Of a DNA stretch of 64,000 bases, positions 26,609 to 40,852 are shown one piece after another. Position numbers and translations under genes: made by a program. The DNA comes from Epiperipatus broadwayi. Lineage: Eukaryota; Animalia; Onychophora. Below the pieces are notes generated by a model that was given only the letters and a program-made list of their open reading frames with translations, was not told where the DNA came from and did no database searches. Each line of letters starts with the position of its first letter. Positions within the stretch are counted from its first letter, which is position 1. The DNA is taken from positions 5,270,001 through 5,334,000 of the forward strand of contig JAQFVV010000010.1 of the NCBI GenBank assembly GCA_028023455.1, given 5' to 3'.

Positions 26609-26691
26609 CTGTCGAAGTTATATGGTCTACTAAATCTTGAAATTCTGTCGGAACATCAGCTTGCTTCCATCTCTCATTATCAAGAATTAAA
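26609..26691 (-). CDS. VPS54: VPS54 internal coding exon (S-LILDNERWKQADVPTEFQDLVDHITST+G)
   Basis: Acceptor tattttcag, donor gtaaat, 83 nt, phase 2 to 1. Near-identical to human 'SLLLDNERWKQADVPAEFQDLVD'. Confidence 0.97.
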
Positions 26692-27689
26692 CTGAAAATA
26701 AAATTGTTTCTATTATAAAAAGGAACAAGAAAAAATAATTTATTTTTATATTTAATGTTAACACGGTTATTTGATGTGAACAAAATAGTTTTTGGTTTAA
26801 GCCATGTGTTAGTTTTGATTAATTCCCAACATTTTGATGAAATAGCATTTGTCATTGTCAAGATTAACTTGATAATGGTGGATGCTATTTTGTTAAAACG
26901 TTTGGAATTAATCAAAACACGTGGTAGACAATCAAAACTAACACATGGTTTAATCCAAAAACTATTTTATTCACATCTTATAATTGTGAAAACAATAAAT
27001 ATAATATATATATATGATAAAACATAAGCAGCTCTCTATTCCAATATCATCTACAGTTTGTGTAATCTGGGACTACCAGATGATAGTGCTTTTAAATATC
27101 TATCCCCAAATACAGTTCTTGACTTTTGCCTTTATCGATGAAACTTGAGATTCAAAGCTAGAAGAGATGCAGTTATGCATCTTGCAAACAAATTTAAATT
27201 CATTTTACAATTTAAGTTAAAAACTTAATATTCAAAACATTTTAAGGTTTTGAAATCTAATAAAAAAAAGAAAAAGAAACCTACAGTTAGAAAAGAACTT
27301 CAATTACTGATCCTGAATCAAGTTTGTATAACTATTCAGAAAGATTGGCTTGAGTTCACAACCTCTATATGTTTTAAATTTCAAGCTTCTAGCTTGAATA
27401 GTAAAATGAATTTAAAAATGGTTGCTAGATATATAGCTATAATATTTCCAGCTTTGAATCAAAAGTCTCAGTGACAAAGACAAAATCTAAATGAACTACC
27501 ATTTGACAATTAATGACTACTATAGCTCACTATAAATAAAAAAAAGAGTACATCATTGCTTTTATTTTATTAAATAATGGGTTTACAAAATTATTTGAGT
27601 ATATATAGTGTATGTACATATTAAATTATATGCTTAATCTGTTTGTATAACTGCTAAAAATTTTTCACTGGTATCACTATTTGCATTTA

Positions 27690-30100
27690 AAAACTGTTAA
27701 TTCTGTAATATCTCATAGAGAATAGAGTTGTTTATGTTACGGGAGGAACAAATAATTTGTCAGAGCCATCAGAAACTGCAATGGACAAGTACAAAGAATT
27801 GATTAGTAATTTGAATAAGATTAAAGAAAGAGTAGGAGTACTTGGATTACTACCAAGATTTGACAATAGATATATATTAAACAGGACATGTTCTTTAAAT
27901 GAGAGATTGAAAAAATTATGTGAGAGAAATATAGTTATGTTTGTGGATGTGTAGGATTTTTTTATTAGTTAGAGGAAGTCATATAGTAAAGATGGATTGT
28001 GCACTTAGCAAAACAAGAAAATGAAGGGATTGATTTATGAAATTCATGAAACTTATAAAGGGGGGAAGTGTTTTAAATTACAGTATTAACAAAAAGAAAG
28101 TTAAGAATGAATGGGATGTAAGAAGTAAAAAAAAAGGATAGCTGATTTAGATATAAATATAGATGTGGAGAGGAAATGGTTCTGTAAAACTAATGATAAA
28201 AAAACTAATTACAAATGTAATAGAGAAGAAAAGAGTTAAATAGAATTTATAAAAGGGTAATAAGAAAAGAAGAAATTGTTAAAATTGGAATTTTTGAGGA
28301 TTCAAGGTGGTAGGAGACCAGAAAAGTGGATGGAATTAAACAAAGCAGTTAAAAACAAAGGGCTTGCAGTAATAGCAGGAGTGGAAATACATCTAAAAGA
28401 AGAACCTATAGTGAAAGATTTGGTATGGTAGGGTATAAATAGAAAAGAAAGGGGGAGGGGTAATATAGGAGTTATGTCAAAAAAATATTTAAATACTGCA
28501 AAGTGTCAAGAACATTTATGATTTAAGATAAAATTAGGAAGACAAGAATGGATGGTGGCTATAATGTACATGGCCACTGGAGATAGTCAAACCATAATGG
28601 AATGGAATAGTAGCATATATAAATGCCTAGTTAAGAATATACAAATTTGCAAAAAAAGGGGAGGGGGGAGAAAATAATGGTTATAGGGGATATGAATGGG
28701 CACATTGAAGACATTGATGATTTCAATAACAAGAATGGAAAGCTTTTGAAATTTTTTTGTCAGAGAGTAAATTTGAGCATTGGAAATTTATCAAATATTT
28801 ATGAGGGGCAACATACATGGTTTAGACATAACATATTTCACACAATAGATCATTTATTAATAGAGAAAGGGGAAATGAATAACATATGGAAAATTAGTGT
28901 TTGATCATATTTTCATTATAATAGAAAGGCTTAGTAATCTAATGGAAAATAATAATAAAAGTAGGAAGGATAGTGAAAGATGTGGATGGAGAATGAATGA
29001 TAAGAATAAATTGAGAATGAATGATAAGAATAAATTAGAAGAATATAAAATAAAAGTAGAAGAAATGCTGAAAGAGTTTGTTGGGGATGATTACAAGGAC
29101 TAGTGTGGTGAAGTAGAAAAATGGCAAATAGTTAGGTGAGAAAATTTAGAAAAATAAAAGTAATAGAAAAGTAAAAATTAGTAAAAGTGTAAAAGGAAAA
29201 CAAAAAAAAAACATGCAGAGAATATACATGTACTATTAAAAACAAAGAAAGTGAAAAAGATGTTAATATTAAGTGGAATAACTATTTTTTTTTAAAAAAA
29301 GAAGTTGGCTAAAATAGATAATTATAGAAAGAGATGAAATTAAATAGTAAATTATTAACGGATATAAAAGTGGAAGAGATGGGAGTGAAAAATTTTGGAA
29401 ATATATTAAAAGAAGCAATGTAGGGGAGAGAGAAATAGTATTACTAAATGATGAGGAAAAAGAATATAGCCCTAGAGAAGAATTAGAGACAATTTTAAAT
29501 AAGTATGTAATGGATGTAGAAAAGATGTTAGACGTGAAGGACAAAGTATAACTAACATAATCGCACATAGTAATGGAAATATTAGTTTTACAGAAAATGA
29601 ATTGAATGAGGTAGGGAAAAAATCGAAAAGTGGAAAGGTAAGAGATTTAGATGAACAGGCAACGGAGTAAGTGATGAATTGGGGAAATAGGGAAAAATTA
29701 AATCTATTATCATGTTTTAATAAGATGGCACAGAAGACAGAATTTCCAAATAAGTGGAATAATACAGGAGTAAGGCTATTATTTAAATGAAGGAATAAGG
29801 ATCATAGAAAGTTAAACAATTATAGACCAATAGTGGTAATGCCAGCATTAGATACAGTTTTTGCATATATGGTGGTTGGAAGGGTGGAAAGATGGATGGA
29901 AGAAAATAATTTAGTGGGAGAAATGCAAGGAGATTTTTAATTGCAAGATAGTTTACTTGTGGTTCCACAGATTATAGACAGTAAGAATACAAGCAGATAG
30001 TTATATATGGTCTGTAAATAGAAATAGATTATGGGTAAGTTTAGTAAATTTGGGAATGAATGGAGCTTTAGTGAATCTTAGGAAGAGATTGTATGAAAAT
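27690..30100 (+). mobile_element. LINE relic with SGNH-esterase ORF1 and 5' part of ORF2 (clade uncertain: RTEX, L2 or Nimb-like)
   Basis: ORF1 GVLGLLPRFD..LNERLKKLC..DG.HL. Endonuclease IQGGRR.EKW, VIGDMNGHI, TIDHLLI. RT start YRPIVV and EENNLVGEMQGDF. Truncated near 30100. Confidence 0.8.
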
Positions 30101-30109
30101 AATTAATTA

Positions 30110-31000
30110 AGTGTGCTACAATCTGTTTGAACAAGCTTCTCTAAATAATTTTGCTCCAAAAGCCTCAAAATTTGAATGCTTCTCTAAATAATAATTTGAA
30201 TGTTCTTTTTTGCCTATTTTCAAATTGTCCATGATGTATTCATCTGCATACAAAAAAAAAAATCCATATTAACACCATCAAAAAATAAAAATAATTCCAA
30301 TAAATTGTATTTCTAGCACTCCAAAATAATTAATACATCATAATAAAACTAAGCAGGCATTTCAAAAGACTAGTTCAGTTATATTTTTTATGTGATAGAT
30401 CTATTACGTCACATTTCATTTTGCCAAATGATTATATTTTTTAATGTGAGAAGACTATTATATCACATTTCATTTTGCAACTTTCTTTAAATAATTGTTT
30501 GCTAAAGCCTGCTATTAAATTATGCCAGTGTTGTTGTATTTTTTTAATGTGCTGTTATTAGTTAACTGTGCTGCAATCTGTTTGAACAAGCTTCTCTAAA
30601 TAATTTTGCTCCAATAAATTGCCCACGATGTCTATCTTTTGTAAGTATTTTTTTTTGTAAGTCACATTTCATTTTGCAACTTTTAATATGATGCAATCAT
30701 ATTAAAAGTTGTGTTTTATGTATTTCACCAAGCGACTTCTACATGCAGAGGTGGGGGTGGAGGGTGTATTTCACCGATTTCTGTTTTTGTAATTTGTATT
30801 TTACTTATTTTTTCATCAATTTCTTTACGTGGGAAGGGGGAGATTGTGTTTTATGTATTTCACCGATTTTTGTTTTTGTAATTTGTATTTTACAGCGATT
30901 TCTTTGATAGAAATTTATTGCTTGTATGGTTCTTGATGGGTACAGCAGCATCGCCTAGCAGCACAGTACAGTGCACCGAACTGTATTATTTTTTATCCCT
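30110..31000. mobile_element. Probable non-autonomous element with internal duplications (Helitron-like, uncertain)
   Basis: caatctgtttgaacaagcttctctaaataattttgctccaa occurs twice (~30119, ~30574); tcacatttcattttgc three times; tatttcaccgattt..tgtttttgtaatttgtattttac twice. GC-richer small hairpin gcac-agtaca-gtgc near 30961. Abuts the truncated end of the LINE. Confidence 0.4.
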
Positions 31001-31289
31001 TGCCCCCCCCCCTTTAATTAATGGAAAAAAATAATTAAAGCTTTCTTTTAGTTACTAATTTATTTATGGATTCCCCTCCCCCTTCAGCTTTAACAAATGA
31101 AAAAAGAAAATGAAGTCATAAATTAAATAAAGCAATAGAATAAATTCTTTCAAAAACAAAATAGAATCATGGCACTTATACCAATTAAGCTTATTAATTT
31201 ATAGATATTTATGTAAAAGTATTTTTTTAATTTCTATTTTTAAATATACCCATACATTAATTTTACAGTGCTACATTTATTACAATCTA

Positions 31290-31560
31290 CAGTAGAATAA
31301 AGATCTGAGTATAAACTAATTTCTCTTACTGGTGGCTTCTCTTCCTTTTGTATTTCAAACATATATCTCACATATTGTCTGTTCCTAAGTCTCCTCTAGT
31401 GACATGTTCAGTTCAATTTCATTAAATGTTAATTTTTTTAATAATATCTACACCTACTTCTTCTCTCATCCATATATCTTGTTTTTGATCCCATTTTATT
31501 AATTCCAATATACTACTTATTCCATATTTCTCCGTATGACCTGAAGTTTCTGTATGGCCA
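31290..31560 (-). mobile_element. RTE LINE 3' fragment
   Basis: GISSILELIKWDQKQDIWMREEVGVDIIKKI resembles the RTE C-terminus (.R..LGI...DR..N.WIRE.TGV.DII..I). Confidence 0.6.
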
Positions 31561-32704
31561 AGTTTCAGATCCATTGGTAAAATGAATTTATTAAAAACCA
31601 TTTTTAAATAAATAAGCATATTTTCTTTTAATGATTACACTAATTAGATTTTAAACAGATAATGGTTGTACTCAATTTAAATAAATTGCCTTCAGAAATT
31701 TAATGCAATCAATACCCAGAAAAAAAAAATCTAAAATTGACATATAGCAGTTGTGATATCAACTTAGGCTATTCCAAATACATTTGAATTCTTCCAATTG
31801 TTCATTAGTTTGACTGCACTAATTTCAATAAAGTCAAGATAAGAAAATTAAATTCACATTTACAAAAGCCAAAAAAAAAAAAGAGCAATTAAAAACAAAT
31901 GCCAGTAGCAGTATTTATTAGGCATAGACTGATATATGACTTACATAATGAAAGCAATAAATACATTCAATATACGTAAGCACTGCATATACATATATAC
32001 TTTAATTTTTTCTTATATATATATATATTGTACCATTTATTTATATATAAAGTACAAATTACTTTTTGATATTAGGTATTATAAAAAAAAAAAAGAAAGC
32101 GAACACGATCTTTATTTTTTTTGTAGCATAATGTTTTAAAGAAAAAAAAAAACGTACAGTGAAAGTTTAATTTTTCTTTTTTTTTAGAAATAAGTTAACT
32201 AAAATAAATTCCATGTTGGAAAAGTGCATATTTGAATCAAATTATTGAATTCATATGCACAATCTTTTCCAACGTTGTAATTTTGTCTTAATCATAAATA
32301 TTGAATGCTTGACGAGTTAGAATAAATCTTTATTATTAACTTCACTTTCATTGTACGTGTATAAAATTAATGCTATTCTATTTAAGTTTTACCTTTAGTT
32401 ATTTAACTTAGATCGTATAATTATTACCTTACGGGCTACAATATTTGACGCAGTCTCAGTGAGTCTAACGACTCTGGCGCCCTCAAGTAGAAATTAAAAA
32501 CTGGTTCTGCTTACAATTGTACTCGGTAATAATTCTAGGCCGAAGTTGATCAGGAAAAATAGCTGTGTTGAGAATTGAAATACAACTTTCTTTTTTCTTT
32601 TGATACAGCTTGATCAACTCACGCTCAAATATAAATTTGAGGCGTATAAGGGCCTAGTAATACGAAAAACGTTACAATATACATACATACACATATTAAA
32701 ATTG

Positions 32705-32760
32705 GACAGACCTTCATTCTGCAGTGGATCAATAATGGTTGAAAATGATGATGATACATA
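32705..32760 (+). mobile_element. RTE 3'-tail fragment
   Basis: gaccttcattctgcagtggatcaataatggttgaaaatgatgatgat resembles the LINE tail at ~12980-13035 and the reverse complement of ~44035-44085. Confidence 0.6.
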
Positions 32761-35019
32761 CAGGTAAACCTCAACGTAATTAATTCATGGCATAAAATAT
32801 GCAAAACATCTACAAATATCTCAGCAGTGGTCACAGTTTATATGTGAGTAATGCTGTGTGAATATATATCTTGAGATATATTGTGTTTTTCATTTGTAAA
32901 AAAATATTTTCATATTCAGCAACATGGTTATAAAATTCCATTTAAGCAAAAAAAAAAAGTCCTGGAATGCATCACTGTCTATAAGCATTTTGGATGATGA
33001 TGATATTAATAATAATAAACTTACTCAATTTAACCACATTTTTATGATTATATCAAGCAGTTTATACAAAGTTCTTAATATATATTTTTATTTTATCTTA
33101 TAGTGAAAATGAATTTACAATTGGATATGTATCATTGAAAATGACAAAAAAAAAAAAAACTTGATCAAAAATAAGGTACAAAGTACAATTTAATTTTTGT
33201 ATGCAAAGGGTATAACTTTATCCACTGCAATAAATACTTATGGGTTTTAATATACTTTGCAAGCAGATTATCAAATCATCCATTACAAAATTTCTTTCAA
33301 AATAATTTTCAAGAATCAGTATTATAACAGAATTTTTACTCAAACATTGTAAAATACCAAATAATTTGTAGCTTTATTATTCACTGTTTCACAGATGTGA
33401 CCCTAAATTATTGAGATACAACATCTTCATAAAAATCCACACTCACAATCAATTCCATTTATATCGCACAGAGTGAATTAAAAATAAATATTTTCTAAGC
33501 ATAAAAAAAAGTTTATATATTTTAATTTTATCATACAATCAGACTATTGCTACATAAAGTTCTATAGAAATTTTAAACAAATAAAAAAATATATATTATT
33601 TTGAATTTTCTTTTTCTTAATTTTATATTTGTAAAATAAAAAACTAAAAATAAACATTTCCTTTATAAAATCACAAAATCAAATATGATGCAGAAAATTT
33701 TTTTTTTTAAAAAAGAAATGTTTGCTTACCAATTAAAAAAGTTAAAAGCAAGACAACAAATTCCCATCTCATCAAGAACATTATTTGACCTTTCTGTCAT
33801 TTTGCTGCTCAAACATCATTTGATTGCCCAAATAATTATATGATCAATAAACACCTTGGAATCTTTAATAGTGAATCAATGAGAATGAGAAAATATTTTC
33901 CCTTCTATATTTTCATTAATCATTCTAAAAAAATATTTCATCATTCAAAAAAATAGGGGGATCAAAAATGTAAATAATGAAATAAAATGCAAAAGTTTTA
34001 TTTATATTTATCAAGAAATGAAATAAACATTTTGCTAATTTTTAATGTATTTAATGTTTATCTTTTGTTTGCTTTTAAATATATTACTATATGTATAAAA
34101 ATTTTGTTTTAAAAAATGTAATTTAAATACAATGTTATATATATGTTAACGTGTGCAACAAAATGCAGCTCTAAAATTGAAATATAGAATTAATTGGATT
34201 AAAAAAGCAGCAAATAATAGCAAATTATCAACGACAATAAACAGGTACTGTAATGAATTGTCTATATATTCCACATATCCAGAAGAAAACTTAGCATACA
34301 CATATACAGTCTCTCTCTATATATATATATACATACATTCCTTTGAGAATCAGTACTGTTCTTTATAAATTTACTATTTGTCATCTTTTTCAGAAACCAA
34401 TTAAATGTTTAAAATTTTTTTTTTACTATATATGTATCACATATAGTGCAGAGAAAAATGTAGTGAGTAATAATTGCTTCACAATGAGCTATTTAAAGGC
34501 TATTCCAACTTCTGTCATATAGAATTGAAGCTGTTTAAAGACAACTTGTTCAATTGGCAAAACATAAAAATAGCTTGATTTTTTTTTTTTAAACATTTCT
34601 ATATAATGATTTTTTTATTTATTTAAAAAAGCTTGTAGAAATTGATATAATTTCAAATTTCTTATCGAATGACTAATTTACTAATATTTAATAGGGATTT
34701 TAATGCTATGATGTTACAGGACAGTTTATGGCTAACAGAATATAAATCTGGCATTTTATTTAATATTTTAAACTAATTTTACTTTATCATTTACAAAAAA
34801 CAAAAAAATTTAGTCATGACATTGGAGTTTTACAAAACACTTGAAAAAACAAAGAAACAGATGACTATAGAAATTAAAAAATTGTCTAATTTAAAATGTA
34901 AATAAGAAACTCAAAACAAATTGGCAGATTTATTTAGTATTATTTAAAATATTTTAAATGAATTTGATATTGATAATGGTGAATAAAATAACTTTAAATA
35001 AAGATGACAACAAATTTAC

Positions 35020-35069
35020 CTGAGCTTTGTTTTTCTTTCTTCATGAAATTTATTTACAAATCGATTTGC
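35020..35069 (-). CDS. VPS54: VPS54 internal coding exon (ANRFVNKFHEERKTKL+AG)
   Basis: Acceptor tattatag, donor gtaaat, 50 nt, phase 0 to 2. Matches human 'AIKFVNRFHEERKTKLS'. Confidence 0.96.
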
Positions 35070-35299
35070 CTATAATATAAATAAAAAAATATTAAGCATC
35101 CAGATTAGATTTTTTAGTAATACCTTATCTTTCTATTAGAGCATATTATTATACTAATATTTACAAATATAAAAGGCAGTCAAAAGCAAATACGTTTTCT
35201 CCATAAGCAAACCTAAAGAATATAATGTTTGAAAGAATCACAACAATCTTATACCTTACCCACAGAACCCATACAAAAAAATATGTATACAAATTAACA

Positions 35300-36415
35300 A
35301 TAACAATTGGCTATACATTCACACAATGTAAAACAGAATCCAGGCAAATATATCAAAGTTGATCGGAGTGAGATCCCAAATTTGACCAAGCATCAACTCA
35401 TTTTCCAGTACTCTGTGACTCAACACCCTAAAAATGACATCTCAGGTTACACTTGGCCTCCATTTCTTCATGGCTGGCCTAACACAGAGAGGGGATGACT
35501 ACACATAAGACTAACTAAAAGATTAAAATAGACTAATAGCATGATGATGGGAGATAATATCTATAACTTAACATCAATGCATATTAGTCATTCATAATAT
35601 ACTAAATAAGATTTAATTGGATTGGAATTAGATTATGAGAAATACATATGAAACCAGCATAATTTAAAATATATTTATTAATTTAATAAAGACAAAAATA
35701 AACAAAAAAACATAGTTTCAAATGTGTGGGTGAACGCATGCAAAAGTCATGGTGGATGAGACTGAATATTATAGTAACCTCATCTTTACATATTAAAATC
35801 AACATGTGTGTGTGAATATGCAGTTACTGAGATCATGCCTATAATTGATATGCCAAATTCTATCTTAACATAGTGATTTTCTATTTATAAGTAACCTTAC
35901 TAGCTCCAGATAGATTATTCATCATAGTATTATACAAATGTATATATTTCTATCTAAAATGCGAGCGCATAAATAAGCTCAAACTGATGTAGATTTGACC
36001 TAAGAACTAAGATGTGGTTTCAGAGCAATGCTGAATAATTAACTGTTAGGTGGGAAGAATTGGCTGCTTTAGATTGCCAATATGTGCTATAGCACTGACA
36101 AAAAACTACTAACAATCTGCCCCACGGATGAGTAATTCTTCACGGATTTTTGCAACAAATGCATGGTATTGGGACCAAACTTCTCGCTGCCAATGAGAGA
36201 AACATTTGAAGTTCAAGAGTGGGGATGGCTTATTCAAGTGACCTGGCCTTAAACTCAGGGACAATTTTGGTGCACAGACCTGAAATAATAGCAGGAGATG
36301 GTTTAACCATGGTCCCATGTAAGGTATGCAGCAGAATGTCGCATACAATGTACTTAATAAAAACACATTCGCAACACAATAAACATTACAATGTGCTTAA
36401 ACAGATAGCATCTAT
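35300..36415. repeat. ~1.1 kb direct repeat, copy 1
   Basis: Colinear with ~39330-40425 (acagaatccaggcaaatata..gtgagatcccaaat; ggccttaaactcagggacaat; aatgtgcttaaacagata). Visibly diverged. Confidence 0.9.
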
Positions 36416-39329
36416 TAGTTTAGCTAATAAAAACCAATTCTGAAGATAACATTATATTTATACTAATTAAAGGGTAAAGTATATTTGCAGGTGTTTGATA
36501 ATTGATTAATAAATATACTTTATAACTATTCTTAAAGCTAGTCTACTACTTATTACAACAAATATTAAAATTATAATTCAAATCTTAAAGCAAATCACAC
36601 TATGCATTTATATAATAAACAATAATAACGAGTGTATGGTCTTTTGTCATTATTTGCAAATATAGGATTTTGAAACAGCATGCTGCTTAATTAATGGTAT
36701 TAATAAAGATGATAAAATGAAGATATTTTAAATCAAATCTTTGCTAAACTTCACTGAATTTAGAGTGCTCGCTGTTTCGAAGCATTGGCATACAATAATA
36801 TATGTAATACATTTTGAAAATAAATATAAAGATATATAAGCACAACTATAGTGTTAGAGAACTAAGAATTAGATGAGTATATTGACTTGATTTAAATAAA
36901 ATAGGATTAGGCAAGTTTTATATATAAAGAAGATTAATTAATTTCAACATAGTTTAAAATTAATATTAATTGGAATGTTCAATTAATTCTTTCTTTTTTT
37001 ACATTTAGCTAACTTTTAAATATTAAAAAATTAAAGATTAAAACTGATTTAAAGCTCTGCATTTCTGGAATGATATTACCGATTTCTACATTGCAGCTGG
37101 TGATATAGGCACTTTAGACTTCAGGCATGGCAGCAGTCTTTTCCAGATAGGTTCCAGGTGTCTTCTTCTTCTCCTGATGGCAGGCTGTTGTTGAAGAATT
37201 TCAATCCATGAGGTGGTCATGTGTCAGGCACATAGGATGGCTGTAGACTCGCTGTCCTCCCATGGAGGAGCAGCAAAACATTTCCCTCCTTAGCCAGACA
37301 TTTCAAGATTTCAACTGACATGGATTCTGGGGGCAATTTCTCTTTCGAAAAATTGGTGTATGTATGTGTTTCTAGTTCAAAATCTTGCCTATTTATACAA
37401 TATTCATCTCAAGCCATCTGCTTGGTGACAACTTATTTATCACCGGAGAATCCATTAGCACTAGATGTTAATTTAGAATTTTAAATTTCTAAAATTGATT
37501 TAAACTTTTGTTCAATTTTTCGGCCAGATATCCAAAATCCCACCGGGAATTCAAATAGAGCTGGCTACTGATTTTACTTACATAAATATTTTGTTGTAAA
37601 TAAATTATTTTAAAAATGTACTAAATTTAAACTTATTTTCCTGCAAGTGCGGTGGCTAAATGGTAATTTCTTTACAACTATTTTACTTACATTTAAAAGA
37701 GCTAAAACTTTTTAATAAAATTCATGCGATCCTATATATGTATTACGATATAGAGTGGATTATACATATATATACAAATAATTAATAAATTGACTTTTTA
37801 TATAAATAAGTCTATGGTATAAATATTTTTATTTGCAAATCTAAATTTATCTGCCTTAATATAATTGATATTACTAGCATCTGTTCATATATATATATGG
37901 CGATGCATATAGCTATGATAGTCCCCTTATTTAGTTATTCTGAGTGGTTTAAATCCAGCACAGATAAAGCTAGTAACAAAAGTGTAAGTGAAACAATAGA
38001 TCAAAACATATCATTTCATATCCCTGAACTTACAATAAAAAAACAATAAAAAACATGACCTTACTTATAATTTAACCTTAAGGAGGTAAATTATTTGACT
38101 ATCTACATAATATGCTAAAACCATGGCCTGTTACATTTATCCTTACTAGCCTGTTGCTTCACTCCCACATCACTCTAACATGATAAAGTTTCCGAAATGT
38201 ATATAGTTAGTATTATATATCTATAGGTCTAAATGATAAACAAAATTTTAATATCCGAATGGACATTTGCCATGGTTAGTACTGTATTGGGTGTTAGTTT
38301 AGGTTATTGACAAATATAAGTATTGGAAAGGGGCAGTTCCCTTAGTGACCTAAGATCATCATTTAAGTGGGATCTGGGAGTTTCTCCTTGAATGTTCTTG
38401 AGTTACAGGACATATCTTGCCCCATAAAATCTCAGTACTTCTCCGATTTCTGCTTGATTTTGAACAGAAAATTGCTATGGTATTCGCGAGCACATCCGTT
38501 TACTGGCCTCTGGCTTTGAGCCCCTCTCTGATTCCCTATCCTGGCGACATATGGGTCCTTCCCCTCTCTTCTCTTCTCCTCATGGTCTCTTTCATTTCAG
38601 CACTCATTTTGACACTATTGGGTTTTTCTCCATATCTTTCTTTCGGAATATCTGGGTTACCCTTATCTACGACTTTCAATTGACATAAAATCCCCCCCCC
38701 CCAGGTCTTCTGCTCATCTCTTTCCTTTACCCTTTGGAATTCCCTTTCCATTTCCAATCTGTACTATCTGAAACTATGCCATTCTGTGACAATCATTGTA
38801 TATTTATACATGAATATTTGTATGCCAAGTTACAAAAAAAAATCTAAAATCTAATATGAAAAATTTTTGCATATAAAATAATCTATTATGTCAACAAAAA
38901 AACATTCATACACTTATATACCTAACTTGTGTAATGTACCGTTAATTCAGTGTCGTGGCGATAATTCAATTGACACCCCATGATTGGCGTCCATAATTGG
39001 ATAAAAAATAATACATATATGCAAAATTATTATGCGAACACATTCCTTTTGACAGAAAATATGTTGGGGCCATAATCGGAAAAAAAGCTTACATATATAT
39101 AATATAGTTGAAAAAAAAAAATTCCCTTTTCCTTTTTCTCTAGAGGATATGGGTGCTTTATTCAAGGGCACATGTTGGAGGATCATAATCAGGGAAAAAA
39201 AATTACATATATAATTATTGCGCTACAATGCCTTACCCTTTGGGAAAACACTGTTCCGGGTCATGTAAGAAGCAGTTCAAGCCCCATGTTAGGTGCTATA
39301 ATCCAGTAAAAACCCTATGTAATGGTCAG

Positions 39330-40425
39330 ATTTGTACATTCACACAACAGAATCCAGGCAAATATACCAAAGTTGTCCATAGTGAGATCCCAAATCCAAC
39401 CAAGCTTAAACTCATTTACCAGTACTCCATGACTCAACCCCCTATAAATGACATCTGAGGTTACACTTGGCCTCTGTTTCTTCATGGCTGGTCTAACACA
39501 TGGAAAAAACACGAGAATAAGGGGCTGGTTACACACAAAACTAACTAAAGGTTTAAAATAAAGTAATAGTGTGATGATGGAAAGTAATATTCATAACTTA
39601 AGGTCAATGCATATCACTCATTCATAATATACAAAATAAGATTTAATTGGATTGGAACTAGACTATGAGGAATACATAAAAAAACCAGCATAATTTTAAA
39701 TACATTTATTAATTAATAAAGGCAAAAAAATAAACAAAAGAACATAGATTCAAATGTGTGGGTGAATGCATGCAGGCGTCACAGTGGATGAGACTGAGTA
39801 TTATGGCAACCTCATTTTACATATTAAAATCAGTATGTGTGTATATATATGCATTTACTAAGACCATGCCTATAATTGATATGCAAAATCCTATCTTAAC
39901 ATAGTGGTTTGCAATTTCTAAGTAACCTTACTAGCTCTGGATAAATTATTCATTATAGTATTATACAAATGTGTATATATTTCTATCTAAGATGTAAGCT
40001 CATAAATAAGTTTAAACTGGTGTAGATTTGACTTAGAACCAAAATGTGGTTTTAGAGCAATGCTGAATAATTAACTGATAGACAGGAAAAAGTGGTTGCT
40101 TTAGATCGCCAATATGTGCTATGGCACTGGCAAAATACTACTAACAAACTGCCCTGTGGATGGGTAATTCTTCATGGGTTCTTGCAACAAATGCATGGTA
40201 CCTTGGGACTGAACGTCTTGCTGCCAATGGTAGGAAAATTTGAAGTTCAGGAGCAGGGATGGCTTACTCAAGTGACCTGGCCTTAAACTCAGGGACAATC
40301 TTGGTGCACGCAAAATATGAAGCAAAACATCACTTTTCAGTGTACTTAATAAAAACACATCCACAATGCAATAAGCATTACAATATATATATATATTAAA
40401 TTAATGTGCTTAAACAGATAACATC
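39330..40425. repeat. ~1.1 kb direct repeat, copy 2
   Basis: Same shared blocks as copy 1; ORF pairs 35307/39228 and 36109/40119 in the track are clear paralogues. Confidence 0.9.
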
Positions 40426-40852
40426 AACTATAATTTAAAATTATTTTTATAAATATATATAAATAATGTCACTGCATATTATTTGTCATATTCTGTGATT
40501 TCTTACTTACATTTTTATAAAAATATACATTTTTATAAATGCATTATCAAATTTTTAGCAATGGACTCACAAATTTTTAAAAAATTTAACTTATGACTTA
40601 ATGCTTTGATAGTCCATAACATTCTAAATGAATTATTTTCTATTTTGCCTTCATACATGTGTTATTAAACCATAAAATGTTTATATGCATAGAGTAAGCA
40701 CTGTAACTAGAAAGGTATTATTTGCTGTAATATCATTAGTTAATACAGCGTTTCTTTCAAGTCTTCTTAGAAAAGCAATAAAACAAAAATTTTTGTGATA
40801 ATATTAATAATCTACATTATATTCCTCTACTGCAGAATCATCTAAGTTATTA

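Noticed and set aside
26755-27027. Plus-strand 90-aa ORF and the upstream part of ORF 26592-26915
   Set aside because: Low-information AT-rich frames. Only 26609-26691 is bounded by splice sites and homologous to a protein.
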